A DNA stretch of 42,615 nt from Thalassobaculaceae bacterium. GTDB lineage: Bacteria > Pseudomonadota > Alphaproteobacteria > Thalassobaculales > Thalassobaculaceae. The DNA lies in contig OZ245843.1 of assembly GCA_965228875.1 (NCBI GenBank), positions 496,001 through 538,615 on the forward strand, written 5' to 3'. Positions 9,072 through 19,418 of this stretch are shown one piece after another (positions within the stretch are counted from its first letter, which is position 1; each line of letters opens with the position of its first letter). The notes below the pieces were generated by a model that saw nothing but the letters and a program-made list of their open reading frames with translations, did not search any database and had not been told where the DNA came from. Made by a program: the position numbers and the translations under genes.

Positions 9072-12000
9072 ATGTCGCGGCGCTGGAGCGTGTTCTGGAT
9101 CGTTGCCGTTCTCGTGCTCGCGGGCAGCGGGACGATCTCCTACTGGGTCTACCACGCCCAACGCGATGAACTGATCCGGACCAACAGCGACGATCTGCGG
9201 GATGCGACGGCGGCGTTCAGGCAGACTCTCGCCGGCGTGTTCGAACCGGCCCTGACGCTTGGCGGCACGATTGCCGATTCGGGAATCCGTCAGGCCTCGG
9301 TCGAAGAGCGGCCGGAGCTGTTCTTTGCAGTGGCGACCGGGATCGTGCGCCAGTTCGAGCAGATCAACGGCGCGTTTCTCGGCTTTCCGGACGGCAGCTT
9401 TCTGCACGTGCAGGACCTGGAGTCGAGCCACGGCGGGGATGGCGCGCGAGGCGGCGGTCTGTATCGCAGGATCATCGACGATCCGCAGAACGATCGGCGT
9501 GGGCGCTGGCAGACCTACGTGCCGGAGACCGGGGAGGTATTCTCTTCTTCGCGGCGCAGCGAGCCTTACGATCCGCGGGTCCGGCCCTGGTACCAGGCGG
9601 TGCTCGAGGACGGCGAGGCGCACTGGACCGACGCCTATGTCTTCGCCTCCAGCGGCCGGTTGGGGGTGACCTACGCGCAGCCGATTTATGACGTGGACGG
9701 CGCGTTGTGGGCGATCATGGGGGTCGACCTGTCCCTCGGTTCCCTGTCGCAGACCCTGCTCACCACCTCGACGGCGCTGGCCGGCGCGGCCGACATCGTG
9801 TTCGCCACCGACTTTGCCGACAAGATCCTCGGGCACCCGGAGCTCGTGGCGCTGGGCGAGGACGTGGAGGTCAGCACGGCGGAATTCCTGGAACGTTACC
9901 GCGACCCGTCGAGCTTCGAGAGCATCGCCGCCCGCCAGCTGCAGTCGGGACCCGGTGTCCAGGTGGTCCTGGCCGAGGGCCGGCACCTGCTTACGACCAA
10001 GGCCGATCTCGATCCCGAGCGGGCGATGCCCATGCAGATCTATCTGGCGCGCGACCTCGACCACGTCCTCGTCGATGCCCGCGCCGTCGTCTATCGGAAC
10101 GTGGCGCTGGCCTTCATCGCCGTCGTCGTGTTCGGCGTGGTTGCCTCCTACGCGGTGAAGCTGAGGGTCGAGGTCGCCCTGCGCGAGAAGGCCGAGGCGG
10201 AACTGATCGAGGCGCGCGACGTCGCCGAAGCCGCGACCCAGGCGAAGTCCACCTTTCTGGCGACCATGAGCCACGAGATCCGCACACCGATGAACGGCGT
10301 GATGTCCATGGCGGAACTGCTCGGCCTTACCGATCTGGACGGCGAACAGCGGCGCATGGCGAAGATCATCACCGGTTCCGCGACGGCGCTGCTGACGATC
10401 ATCAATGACATTCTCGACTTCTCGAAGATCGAGGCCGGAAAGCTCGAGATCGAGGCGGTCCGGTTCTCGCTGATGGATGTGGTCGGCGGGTCGGCCGAAC
10501 TGCTGGCGACGCGGGCCGAGGACAAGGGACTCGACCTCATCGTCGAGAACGACCCCAGCCTGATCGACGGCCGGATCGGCGACCCCACCCGGGTCCGCCA
10601 GATCCTCCTCAACCTCGGCGGCAATGCCGTCAAGTTTACCGAGAATGGCGGGATAGCGATCCGCGTTCGCCGGGTCAGGGCGGCGGAAGATCTCCCGGGA
10701 ACTGTCGAGCGACTGCGCTTCGAGGTGTCCGACACGGGGATCGGTCTTACCGAGGAGCAGCAGGCCAAACTGTTCCAGGCATTCGTCCAGGCCGACAGTT
10801 CGACCTCCCGCAAGTACGGCGGCACGGGGCTCGGCCTGTCGATCTGTCAGAAGCTCACGGAACTCATGGGCGGCACGATCGGCGTCGAGAGCGTCATCGG
10901 CCAGGGATCGACGTTCTGGTTCGAGTTGCCGCTGGAACCCGTGGGCGATGCGCCGCCACGCTATCCCGACGACCTGTCTGCGGCTTCGGTGGCGCTGGTC
11001 GGCCTGTCGGAACCGGTCGCCGACGTGGCGGAGACCTATCTGCGCGCCACCGGTGTCGAACGGATCGATCGGATCGCCTCGCTGGAGGAAGCCTCAGGCA
11101 GCCGCACGGTGTGGATCGTGCGGGCGCGCGCGGCGGACCCATCGGGCGCCGGACTGGAGTTGCTCGACGGCCACGTCGCCTTCCTCGGCTACCGGGCCGA
11201 GGTGGCGGAGCTGGCGCCGGCACTGAAGGCGCGGGCGTCCGCGCTGTTGACGGTACCCGTGTCGCGCAACGCGCTGTGGCGTGCGACGGCGATCGGTCTT
11301 GGCCTGCGGCCGGCGGAAGAGATCGAGGCGGACGTCCGGGACGACCTCGCCTTCGCGCCCCCCGATGTGGAGGAGGCGCGGGCGGCCGGTGCGCTCATCC
11401 TGGTCGCCGAGGACAACGAGACGAATCAGATCGTGGTGCGCCAGATGCTGGGCCGCATGGGTTTCGCCTGCGAGGTGGCGGAGAACGGGAGGGTCGCGCT
11501 CGACATGCTGCAGGTGCCCGGTTACGGCCTGCTGCTGACCGATTTCAACATGCCGGAGATGGACGGGTTCGAACTGACCCGGACGATCCGTCGGGAGGAG
11601 GCGGCGGGCGGCGGGCGGCTGCCGGTGGTGGCCCTGACGGCGGATGCGCTGGCCGGAACCGAGGAGGCGTGTCTAGAGGCCGGGATGGACGGCTACCTGA
11701 CAAAGCCGATCGACAGCCGCAAGCTGGGGGCGATGTTGGCGAAGCACATGCCGCAGGCGCTTCCCCTGCGGCGCGAAGCCGGTGCTGGGTCCGAAGGCGT
11801 CGAGGCCGGGCCGGAAATGGATTGGGATCCGGACATCTTCGATCCCGAAGTGCTGGGGGCGTCCTTCGACGGCCTGGACGATGAGGCGAAGGCGTTGATC
11901 TCCGATGCCGCGGCAACGTGGAGCGACCGGATCGAGCGCATCGACGCGGCGATGGCCGCCGGCGACCTGAAGACCGCGCGTGACGTGACCCATGCCCTGA

Positions 12001-12167
12001 AGGGGGCGACGCTGTCCGTCGGGGCCAACCGCCTCGGACGCATCGCCTCGGACCTTCAGGACTGTCTCGACAACGGCGACGCCGAGATGGCGGCGATCAT
12101 GGTGGAGATTCTTCATCCCACTTTGGAAGAGTTCCAGGGAACTTTGCCTAAAATATTAGAGTTGTAA
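9072..12167 (+). CDS. Hybrid sensor histidine kinase (Cache-like sensor, HisKA, HATPase, receiver, HPt)
   Basis: Two TM segments flank YDPRVRPWY...WTD.Y (Cache-like). H-box [16 protein letters not shown] and G boxes (NAVKFT, DTGIG, GGTGLGL); receiver AEDN...[10 protein letters not shown]...KP; HPt HALKG. Confidence 0.93.
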   Translation: MSRRWSVFWIVAVLVLAGSGTISYWVYHAQRDELIRTNSDDLRDATAAFRQTLAGVFEPALTLGGTIADSGIRQASVEERPELFFAVATGIVRQFEQINGAFLGFPDGSFLHVQDLESSHGGDGARGGGLYRRIIDDPQNDRRGRWQTYVPETGEVFSSSRRSEPYDPRVRPWYQAVLEDGEAHWTDAYVFASSGRLGVTYAQPIYDVDGALWAIMGVDLSLGSLSQTLLTTSTALAGAADIVFATDFADKILGHPELVALGEDVEVSTAEFLERYRDPSSFESIAARQLQSGPGVQVVLAEGRHLLTTKADLDPERAMPMQIYLARDLDHVLVDARAVVYRNVALAFIAVVVFGVVASYAVKLRVEVALREKAEAELIEARDVAEAATQAKSTFLATMSHEIRTPMNGVMSMAELLGLTDLDGEQRRMAKIITGSATALLTIINDILDFSKIEAGKLEIEAVRFSLMDVVGGSAELLATRAEDKGLDLIVENDPSLIDGRIGDPTRVRQILLNLGGNAVKFTENGGIAIRVRRVRAAEDLPGTVERLRFEVSDTGIGLTEEQQAKLFQAFVQADSSTSRKYGGTGLGLSICQKLTELMGGTIGVESVIGQGSTFWFELPLEPVGDAPPRYPDDLSAASVALVGLSEPVADVAETYLRATGVERIDRIASLEEASGSRTVWIVRARAADPSGAGLELLDGHVAFLGYRAEVAELAPALKARASALLTVPVSRNALWRATAIGLGLRPAEEIEADVRDDLAFAPPDVEEARAAGALILVAEDNETNQIVVRQMLGRMGFACEVAENGRVALDMLQVPGYGLLLTDFNMPEMDGFELTRTIRREEAAGGGRLPVVALTADALAGTEEACLEAGMDGYLTKPIDSRKLGAMLAKHMPQALPLRREAGAGSEGVEAGPEMDWDPDIFDPEVLGASFDGLDDEAKALISDAAATWSDRIERIDAAMAAGDLKTARDVTHALKGATLSVGANRLGRIASDLQDCLDNGDAEMAAIMVEILHPTLEEFQGTLPKILEL

Positions 12168-12239
12168 CGATCGCGTGACCTGTGAAAATATTTTTCGATC
12201 TTTCATTTCACGACTGATCGCGACGCTGGAGCACTGAGC

Positions 12240-12656
12240 ATGGTCGCATACGGGCAGGCCAACCCTTACGAGAACACGCGGGTTCTCGTCCTGGAGGATG
12301 AGAGCCATATCCGGCAGATCATCTGCCGCTTGCTGCGCCAGATCGGGTTTCGCCTGATTCACGACGTCGCCAACGGGGCGGACGGCTTCAAGGAACTGCT
12401 CAGGGTGAAGCCGCAGGTTATCCTGTGCGACATCCACATGGAACCGATCGACGGCCTGACGTTCCTGCGCAAGCTTCGGGGCCTGGGGCAGCCGGAGTTC
12501 ACGCGGGTTCCGGTGATCTTCCTGACAGCGGACGCCCAGCGCGAGACCGTGGTCGAGGCCAAGGACCTGCGCGTCGACGGCTATCTGGTGAAGCCGGTGT
12601 CTCCGAAGCAGCTCAAGCAGCGCCTCGACGCCGTCCTGTTTTCCGAAGACGCCTGA
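12240..12656 (+). CDS. Single-domain response regulator (CheY-like)
   Basis: LVLEDE, CDIHMEPIDG, FLTA and YLVKP receiver motifs; no output domain. Confidence 0.9.
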   Translation: MVAYGQANPYENTRVLVLEDESHIRQIICRLLRQIGFRLIHDVANGADGFKELLRVKPQVILCDIHMEPIDGLTFLRKLRGLGQPEFTRVPVIFLTADAQRETVVEAKDLRVDGYLVKPVSPKQLKQRLDAVLFSEDA

Positions 12657-12753
12657 TTCCGGGTCCGCGCGGGCCACACCGACCCGTTGGCGCGTCCTTC
12701 CCGGCGCGCTATCGTTTCGGTAACGCGGGAAAAGCAGCGACGGAGAGGAAGAG

Positions 12754-13164
12754 ATGGGCAAGGAATCCTGGAAGTTCAGCCATAACGAAGCGGCCAACGC
12801 CGTGTTCACCGAGGGTATGCGCAAGATCTTCGAGTATCGCGATCTCGGGGTGAAGGACGCGACCAACGGCGATTACGTCGCCCATATCGTCAAGGCCAAC
12901 GGCCGCAAGGACAGCGACTCGGTGCAGCACTGGCATGTCCATGACTGCGACTTCCAGATGGTCTACGTGCTCAAGGGCTGGGCCAAGTTCGAGTACGCGG
13001 GCGAGGGTGTGCACACTATCCGCGAGGGCGACTGCATCAACCAGCGCCCGCTCATTCCCCATCGCGAGATCGAGTGTTCACCGGACATGGAACTGCTGGA
13101 GATCGTCTCACCCGCGAGTTTCGAGACCCGCATCGTCGACGCACCGGCCGACGCGGCCGAGTAA
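12754..13164 (+). CDS. Cupin domain protein
   Basis: WHVHDCDFQMVYVLKG...GDCI.Q...IPHRE cupin motifs. Confidence 0.85.
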   Translation: MGKESWKFSHNEAANAVFTEGMRKIFEYRDLGVKDATNGDYVAHIVKANGRKDSDSVQHWHVHDCDFQMVYVLKGWAKFEYAGEGVHTIREGDCINQRPLIPHREIECSPDMELLEIVSPASFETRIVDAPADAAE

Positions 13165-13170
13165 GCACGC

Positions 13171-14046
13171 ATGACGGTTCGGATCGGACGCTTCCGGATC
13201 GACCGGGTGGTCGAGTCCGAGGAACCTCTCGTCGCACCCGAGATCTTTTTCCCGGAGTCGACGCCGGACGTGTTCGAGGCTCATGCGGACTGGCTGGAGC
13301 CGCGCTACGTCGATCCGGTCAGCGGCAAGCTCATCATCTGCGTGCAGAGCTACGTCCTGCGGACCGGAAGGCACACCATCCTCGTCGACGGCTGCGTCGG
13401 CAACGACAAGCCGCGCGACGTCTTTCCACAATGGGACCGCCAGAGTTACCGGTACCTGGAGACCCTGGCGGAGGTCGGTGTGAGGCCGGAAGAGGTCGAT
13501 ATCGTCATGTGCACCCACCTGCACACGGACCATGTCGGCTGGAACACGCGGCTGGTCGACGGCCGATGGGTGCCGACCTTTCCAAACGCCCGATATCTGT
13601 TCGCCCGACGCGAAGTGGAAATCTGGCAGGAGCGGCTGCGGACCGAGGAGCCGGTCGGCCATGTCCAGGCTTTCATCGACAGCGTCGTGCCGGTGCTGGA
13701 TGCCGGATTGGCGACCCTTGTCGAGGATGACCACGAGATCGAGGACGGGCTGTGGCTGGAGCCGGCGCCCGGTCACACCGCGGGGAACGTGATCGTCAAC
13801 CTGCGCTCCGAAGGGCGTTCGGCGGTAATCTGCGGCGACGTGATCCATCACCCGGTGCAACTCGTCCGGCCGGACTGGTCGAGCCGGGCGTGCGAGGATC
13901 GGGTGAACTCGCGCCGGACCCGTCGGGCCTTGCTGGATCGATGCTGCGACACCGATACCGTGCTCGCCCCGACGCACTTCGCGTCGCCGAGCATGGGGCG
14001 GGTGGTCGGCGTTGACGACCGGTTCGGTTACGAGCCGGTGGAATAG
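13171..14046 (+). CDS. Metallo-beta-lactamase-fold hydrolase
   Basis: THLHTDHVG (HxHxDH), PGHT, GDVIH and the C-terminal THF. Confidence 0.9.
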   Translation: MTVRIGRFRIDRVVESEEPLVAPEIFFPESTPDVFEAHADWLEPRYVDPVSGKLIICVQSYVLRTGRHTILVDGCVGNDKPRDVFPQWDRQSYRYLETLAEVGVRPEEVDIVMCTHLHTDHVGWNTRLVDGRWVPTFPNARYLFARREVEIWQERLRTEEPVGHVQAFIDSVVPVLDAGLATLVEDDHEIEDGLWLEPAPGHTAGNVIVNLRSEGRSAVICGDVIHHPVQLVRPDWSSRACEDRVNSRRTRRALLDRCCDTDTVLAPTHFASPSMGRVVGVDDRFGYEPVE

Positions 14047-14160
14047 AGCAAATCACGATCAGATGGAAACATCCGATCGTGTGAATTCGCTTTATTTTTT
14101 AATAGTTTAGAGGTCGGTTTACGGTTCAGGTCGACTCGATCTGAACCGATCGCGCTCTAG
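14044..14160. repeat. Intergenic repeat element copy 1 (CIR/RIME/MITE-like, 117 bp)
   Basis: Ends TAGAGC...GCTCTAG. Hairpin A at 14054-14081, AT-rich spacer, hairpin B at 14122-14148 containing a GANTC site. Homologous to 21811-21926 and 34443-34523. Confidence 0.8.
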
Positions 14161-14192
14161 AAAAAAAAGCTCCGGAGCCGAGGCTCCGGAGC
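14161..14192 (-). terminator. Intrinsic terminator downstream of dctP
   Basis: On the minus strand: GCTCCGGAGC-ctcg-GCTCCGGAGC followed by T8. Confidence 0.85.
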
Positions 14193-14230
14193 GCGGGTGA
14201 TCTGCGACCGATAGGTCGCCGACCGGGCGG

Positions 14231-15265
14231 TCAGGTGTAACGGTAGGGCCGGCCGGCCTTCTCCATGTCCTCGTTGTACTGCTTGAAGATCTGGACGACC
14301 TTGGCCTTGAGCGGCGACTCCTTGGCGATCTCGTCCCAGAACACCCGGGCGGCGGCCTCGACCGTGGCCCATTCGGCGTCGGGAATCGTGGTCAGCTCCA
14401 TCTTGGTGCCGTTCACGCGCAGGCTGGCCTCGCCACCCCAGTACCAGTACTGGCGGTAGTAGTGCGACTGGTCGCAGCACACCCGGAACAGGGTCTGCAG
14501 GTCCTCCGGCAGTTCCTCCCAGCGGCCCATATTGGCGAAGAACGAGCCGCACCAGGCGCCGGAGATGTTGTTGGTCAGGAAGTAGTTGGTCACGTCGGCC
14601 CAACCGACCGTGTAGTCCTCGGTGATGCCGGACCAGGCGATGCCGTCGAGCTCGCCGGTCTGCACCGCGACCTCGATGTCCTCCCACGGCAGGGTGACCG
14701 GCACCACGCCGAACTGGGTCAGGAAGCGGCCGGCGGTCGGGAAGGTGAAGACGCGCTTGCCTTCCAGGTCCTTCAGCGAGTGAATCGGGTCCTTGGTCGC
14801 GAAGTGGCATGGATCCCAGGCGCCGGCGGAGATGTGCTTGACCCCGACCTTGGCGTACTCCTCCTCCCAGATCGCGCCGAGGCCGTACTGGTTGAACAGC
14901 ACCGGCACGTCGAGCGAGTAGCGCGAGGCGAAGGGGAAGTAGCCGCCGAACACGGTCACTTCGGTCGGCGAGGCCATGCTGTCGTCGTCCGACTGCACGG
15001 CGTCGATGGTGCCGCGCTGAAGAGCGCGGAACAGCTCGCCGGTCGGAACGAGCTGATCGGCATAGAACAGCTCGATCTGCATGCGGTCGCCGGCGATCTT
15101 GTTGAACATGTCGATGGCCGGCTTGACCACGTGCTCGGCCAGTGCCGGGCCGGCATAGGTCTGCATCCGCCACTTGATCGTCGACTGGGCGATCGCCGGC
15201 GTTGCGAGCGCAGTGGCCGGCGCCGCGGCGGCCGCGCCCTTCAGGAACGTCCGTCTGGTTGTCAT
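14231..15265 (-). CDS. dctP: TRAP transporter substrate-binding protein (DctP family), Tat-exported
   Basis: TRRTFLK Tat leader; WRMQT, GTIDA, DL.GKR and A.QTGELDG motifs; dctQ and dctM nearby. Confidence 0.9.
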   Translation of the reverse strand: MTTRRTFLKGAAAAAPATALATPAIAQSTIKWRMQTYAGPALAEHVVKPAIDMFNKIAGDRMQIELFYADQLVPTGELFRALQRGTIDAVQSDDDSMASPTEVTVFGGYFPFASRYSLDVPVLFNQYGLGAIWEEEYAKVGVKHISAGAWDPCHFATKDPIHSLKDLEGKRVFTFPTAGRFLTQFGVVPVTLPWEDIEVAVQTGELDGIAWSGITEDYTVGWADVTNYFLTNNISGAWCGSFFANMGRWEELPEDLQTLFRVCCDQSHYYRQYWYWGGEASLRVNGTKMELTTIPDAEWATVEAAARVFWDEIAKESPLKAKVVQIFKQYNEDMEKAGRPYRYT

Positions 15266-15335
15266 GAAGCCCTCCTAGTCTTTTGGTTGAGGACGATATG
15301 ATGACGCGATTTTGCGGTGCGGCGCGAATTATTTG

Positions 15336-15998
15336 TCAGCCGGCGGGAACCGGGAAGGCACGACCGTGGGTGGTCCGGGCGGCGCCCAGGTAGGCGTGGC
15401 ACATCACCAGCAACTGGTCTCTGATCTCTTCGGCCCGCGCCGGGGGGAGGTTCTGCTCGAAGACGTTGCGCACCGTACCGAAGATGACTGTGACGAGCGT
15501 GAGAGTCGTGGTCGCCAGATCCGCGTCGGGCATGTCCGGCGCGCTCGAGAGCATTGATCCGGTCGCGGCATTGACCCGGTCGGCGAACGCGGCGACGAGC
15601 GCACTGTTGTCCATCCCGGCCACCGACCGGTACAGCGCCCGCGTCACGTCGGCACGTTCGGTCTTGGCCTGCCAGTAGGCCTCGACGAGGGCCGCGACCA
15701 TCCGGTCGGCCGGCGCGCCGTGCCAGATCCGGCAGGTATCCTCTATCTTCTCGGCGAGAGCCTCCAGATAGCGTTCGTTCAGGGCGTAGATCAGCGCCTG
15801 TTTATGCGGGAAGTACTGGTACATCGTGCCGACCGACACGCCGGCCCGCTCCGCGACACGTGACGTCGTCAACCGGTCCAAACCCTCGCGCAGCAGAACC
15901 TGAACGGTTGCCTCGAAGATCGCGTCGACCGTGACCTGCGCACGGGCCTGACGTGGCCTTTTCCGGGGCTTCAGCGCGGCCGGGGTCGGGGGAGCCAA
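15336..15998 (-). CDS. TetR/AcrR family transcriptional regulator
   Basis: PRKRPRQAR...TVDAIFEA and VAERAGVSVGTMYQYFP HTH. The TTG start is uncertain. Confidence 0.9.
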   Translation of the reverse strand: MAPPTPAALKPRKRPRQARAQVTVDAIFEATVQVLLREGLDRLTTSRVAERAGVSVGTMYQYFPHKQALIYALNERYLEALAEKIEDTCRIWHGAPADRMVAALVEAYWQAKTERADVTRALYRSVAGMDNSALVAAFADRVNAATGSMLSSAPDMPDADLATTTLTLVTVIFGTVRNVFEQNLPPARAEEIRDQLLVMCHAYLGAARTTHGRAFPVPAG

Positions 15999-16011
15999 AT
16001 GCGAATCCCTG

Positions 16012-16031
16012 ATATGAACAATCCTTCATAT
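16012..16031. promoter_or_regulatory. Candidate TetR operator palindrome
   Basis: ATATGAA-caatcc-TTCATAT in the AT-rich gap between the divergent TetR and SDR genes. Confidence 0.5.
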
Positions 16032-16068
16032 ATTATGAGAGAACCGTTTGAAAACCAAAGGAATGTTT

Positions 16069-16788
16069 ATGGAAACCGAACGCATCGCGCTCGTCACGGG
16101 TGGCAACAAGGGGATCGGCCTGGAGATCGCCCGCCAACTCTGCCTGGAGGGGGTCACGGTCATCATCGGTGCCAGAGACGCGGGGCGCGCCCGGGCGGCG
16201 GTGCAGGCCCTGGCGGCCGACGGATTGGTCGCACAGTCCGTACACCTGGACCTGGACGATCCGGCGAGTGCCGCGACCGCGGCGACAGAAATCGGCGCGA
16301 CGCATGGGCGCCTCGACATCCTGGTCAACAATGCGGGCATCTTCGACTTCGCCGACGCGCCGCCGAGCAAAGCGTCACTCGATGCGGTGCGTCGGGTGAT
16401 GGACACCAACTTCATCGGCACGCTTGCCGTGACGCAGGCGATGCTGCCGCTGATCCGGTCGGCGCCTGCCGGACGGATTGTGAACCTGTCCAGCTCTCTG
16501 GGCTCGCTGACGCTGAACGGCGATCCGGACTCGACCTACTATGGGGCGCAGTTCATCGGCTACAACGCGTCGAAGGCGGCGCTGAACATGTTGACCGTCC
16601 AACTGAGCGAGGAACTGCGGGGAACCGGGATCAAGGTCAACTCGGTGAGCCCCGGCTTCGTGCGCACGGACCTCACCGGCCAGGGAACGATGACGGTCGA
16701 GGAGGGGGCGAGGTTGCCCGTCCAATACGCCCTCGGCGGCGAAGCGTCCGGCTCCTTCGTCGAGCCCGGCGGCGTCACGCCCTGGTAG
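16069..16788 (+). CDS. Short-chain dehydrogenase/reductase (carbonyl reductase-like)
   Basis: TGGNKGIG, NNAG, YNASK and PGFVRTD motifs. Confidence 0.92.
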   Translation: METERIALVTGGNKGIGLEIARQLCLEGVTVIIGARDAGRARAAVQALAADGLVAQSVHLDLDDPASAATAATEIGATHGRLDILVNNAGIFDFADAPPSKASLDAVRRVMDTNFIGTLAVTQAMLPLIRSAPAGRIVNLSSSLGSLTLNGDPDSTYYGAQFIGYNASKAALNMLTVQLSEELRGTGIKVNSVSPGFVRTDLTGQGTMTVEEGARLPVQYALGGEASGSFVEPGGVTPW

Positions 16789-16816
16789 GTTCACGCCCGT
16801 GCCCGCGGTCGTCACG

Positions 16817-18142
16817 CTATCTGCCGTACACCGTCTCCGGCAACCAGAGGGCGATCGCGGGGAAGATCATGACGATCGCCAGGGCGAGAACCATAACGGC
16901 CGCGAACGGCAGGATCGAGCGGTAGATGTCGCCGAGGCCGATCTCGGGTGGCGCCATGGCCCGCATCAGGAACAGGTTGTAGCCGAACGGCGGCGTCATG
17001 TAGGCGATCTGCGTGGTGATCGTGTAGAGCACCCCGTACCAGATCAGGTCGAAGCCCAACGCCCCGACCAGAGGCACGTAGAGCGGGGCGACGATCACCA
17101 GCATGGCCGTGTCGTCCAGGAACGTGCCCATCAGGATGAAGCTGAGCTGCATCAGGATCAGGATCGTCCAGGGGCTCAGGTCCAGTTGCTCGGTAAACAG
17201 GTCCTCGATCGCCTTGACCGCGCCGAGGCCGTCGAAGATCGCGCCGAAGCCGAGGGCGGCCAGGATGATCCACATGAACATGCAGGAAATGGCGAGGGTG
17301 TTGCGGGTCGTGTTCTCGAACACCTCCCGCGTCATCCGGCCCTTGAGGACGGCGGCGATGAAGGCCGCCAGGGCGCCGATCGCCGAGCTCTCGACCAGCG
17401 AGGTCCAGCCGTTCACGAACGGGACCATCATGGCGGCGAAGATCGCCAGCGGCAGCAGGCCGGCGCGCAGCAGGCGCAGCTTCTCCGCCGTCGTGATCTC
17501 CTCGCGCTCGGCCGGATCGAGGGCGGGGCCGAGATGCGGCTGGAGCCGGCAGCGCAGATAGATGTAGACGATGAACAGCGCCGCCATCATCAGCCCCGGC
17601 ACCACGCCGGCGAGCCAGAGCTGGCCGACCGGCTGGCGCGCGATCATGGCGTAGAGCACGAGGACCACCGAAGGCGGCACGAGGATGCCGAGCGACGATC
17701 CCGCCTGGATCACGCCGGTGACCATGATCTTGTCGTACCCGCGCCGCAGCAGTTCGGGCAGGGCGATGGTGGCGCCGATCGCCATGCCGGCCACCGACAG
17801 CCCGTTCATCGCCGAGATCAGCACCATCAACCCGATGGTGCCGATGGCCAGCCCGCCGCGCACCGGGCCCATCCAGACGTGGAACATGCGGTACAGGTCG
17901 TCCGCTATCCGGCTCTCCGACAGCACGTAGCCCATGAAGATGAACATCGGCAGGGTGAGCAGCGGGTACCATTTCATCAGCTTCATGGCGGCGGCGAACG
18001 GGATCTCCACCCCGCCCACGCCCCAGAGCAGCACCCCGGCGACCGAGCCGACGAAACCGATGGCGCCGAACACCCTCTGCCCGGTCAGAAGCATCAGCAT
18101 CATCGACGAGAACATCAGGATTGCGATCAGCTCGTACGACAT
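16817..18142 (-). CDS. dctM: TRAP transporter large permease
   Basis: Polytopic membrane protein with LPMFIFMG, GILVPPS and TPPFG motifs. Confidence 0.93.
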   Translation of the reverse strand: MSYELIAILMFSSMMLMLLTGQRVFGAIGFVGSVAGVLLWGVGGVEIPFAAAMKLMKWYPLLTLPMFIFMGYVLSESRIADDLYRMFHVWMGPVRGGLAIGTIGLMVLISAMNGLSVAGMAIGATIALPELLRRGYDKIMVTGVIQAGSSLGILVPPSVVLVLYAMIARQPVGQLWLAGVVPGLMMAALFIVYIYLRCRLQPHLGPALDPAEREEITTAEKLRLLRAGLLPLAIFAAMMVPFVNGWTSLVESSAIGALAAFIAAVLKGRMTREVFENTTRNTLAISCMFMWIILAALGFGAIFDGLGAVKAIEDLFTEQLDLSPWTILILMQLSFILMGTFLDDTAMLVIVAPLYVPLVGALGFDLIWYGVLYTITTQIAYMTPPFGYNLFLMRAMAPPEIGLGDIYRSILPFAAVMVLALAIVMIFPAIALWLPETVYGR

Positions 18143-18738
18143 CAGGCGTCTCCCGAGCGGATGCGGTCCACGTCTTTACACAGTTCCGCCAGCGCCTGAA
18201 GCAGCATCAGGAACACGCCAAGGCACAGAATCATCTTTACCGGCCAGATATGCGGGCGCCAGGCGGTGGAACTGCGCTCCAGATAGCCGATCTCCTCCGC
18301 CGCCGCGTCGGGGCCGCCGGTCAACAGCGTGGCGAACAGGTCGGCGAAGAAGGCGAACGGCTCCATGCCGAAGTAGCCGAGCGAATAGGCGGTCGAGCTG
18401 ACGGCGCCATAGAGGAGGACGCCGAGGTAGAACATCAGGAAGAGCACGGTGAAACAGTCGACCCAGGCCTTGGTCCGCGTCGACCAGGACCCGTAGAACA
18501 GGTCCATGCGCACGTTCGAGCCGAGCTGGATCGAGTACGGCCCGCCCAGCACGTAATAGGCGACCATGACGAACTGCGCGGTCTCCAGGGTCCACAGCGA
18601 CGGGTCGAAGAACGTTTTCGACGCCGACGACCACAGCAGGACGCCCATCAGGACGAAGACCAGATACATGGCACAGCGACCGATGACGCGGTTCATCGCC
18701 TCGATCGCGCGCACGTAGCCGCGCATCACACCCGTCAT
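18142..18738 (-). CDS. dctQ: TRAP transporter small permease
   Basis: About four TM segments and NVRMDLFY; its stop overlaps the dctM start. Confidence 0.88.
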   Translation of the reverse strand: MTGVMRGYVRAIEAMNRVIGRCAMYLVFVLMGVLLWSSASKTFFDPSLWTLETAQFVMVAYYVLGGPYSIQLGSNVRMDLFYGSWSTRTKAWVDCFTVLFLMFYLGVLLYGAVSSTAYSLGYFGMEPFAFFADLFATLLTGGPDAAAEEIGYLERSSTAWRPHIWPVKMILCLGVFLMLLQALAELCKDVDRIRSGDA

Positions 18739-18844
18739 CAGCCCCCGTTCGCCGCCCCGCGGGCGGTCCGCCTCCGTTCCTGGCCGAGACTATCGAGGTG
18801 TGGGCGCGGTCGTTCAACCCTGTTTGGGCGGGAGCGAAGACCGA

Positions 18845-19351
18845 TCAGGTGGACCCGATCGCCCGCTGCATCACGATCACGTCGATCCAGCGGTCGAACT
18901 TGAAGCCGATCCGCGACATGTGGCCGACCTTCTCGAAGCCGAAGCGCGCATGCAACTCCTCCGAACCGGACTCGAGGTCGCTGATTACCGCCATGATCTG
19001 CCGCCAGGGGCCGGCCTCGGCCAAGACCAGCAACTCGGTCAGCAGCGCGCGGCCGATTCCCTGTCGGGCTGCGTCATGGGAGACGTAGATCGAATTCTCC
19101 ACCGTGTAGCGATAGGCCGGCCTCGGCCGGTACTTGCCGAGATAGGCGTAGCCGACCACCGCGCCGTCGCGCTCGGCGACAATATAGGGAAAGCCCTCCT
19201 CCAGAACGCCGGCGCGTCGGGCGGCCATCTCCGCCTCGCCCGGTGGCTCCTCCTCGAAGGAGGCGATGCCATGACGCACGTGATGGGCGTAGATGGCGGT
19301 GATCTCGGGAATGTCGGCGGGCAGGGAGGGGCGGATGGTCACGGGCGTCAT
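18845..19351 (-). CDS. GNAT N-acetyltransferase (phosphinothricin/methionine sulfoximine acetyltransferase-like)
   Basis: IY...V....ASFE, R.AYRYTVENSIYV, GIGRALL, LH..FGF and G.KFDRW.D motifs. Confidence 0.88.
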   Translation of the reverse strand: MTPVTIRPSLPADIPEITAIYAHHVRHGIASFEEEPPGEAEMAARRAGVLEEGFPYIVAERDGAVVGYAYLGKYRPRPAYRYTVENSIYVSHDAARQGIGRALLTELLVLAEAGPWRQIMAVISDLESGSEELHARFGFEKVGHMSRIGFKFDRWIDVIVMQRAIGST

Positions 19352-19418
19352 CGCGGGCTTCCGGAAGCGGGTCTTCGATGCTTCAATCCTGGCACCGATC
19401 GAACTGGGAGGACAGATC

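Noticed and set aside
13171..14046. Antibiotic-resistance metallo-beta-lactamase
   Set aside because: No signal peptide, and the motif pattern fits cytoplasmic lactonase/hydrolase-type MBL folds.
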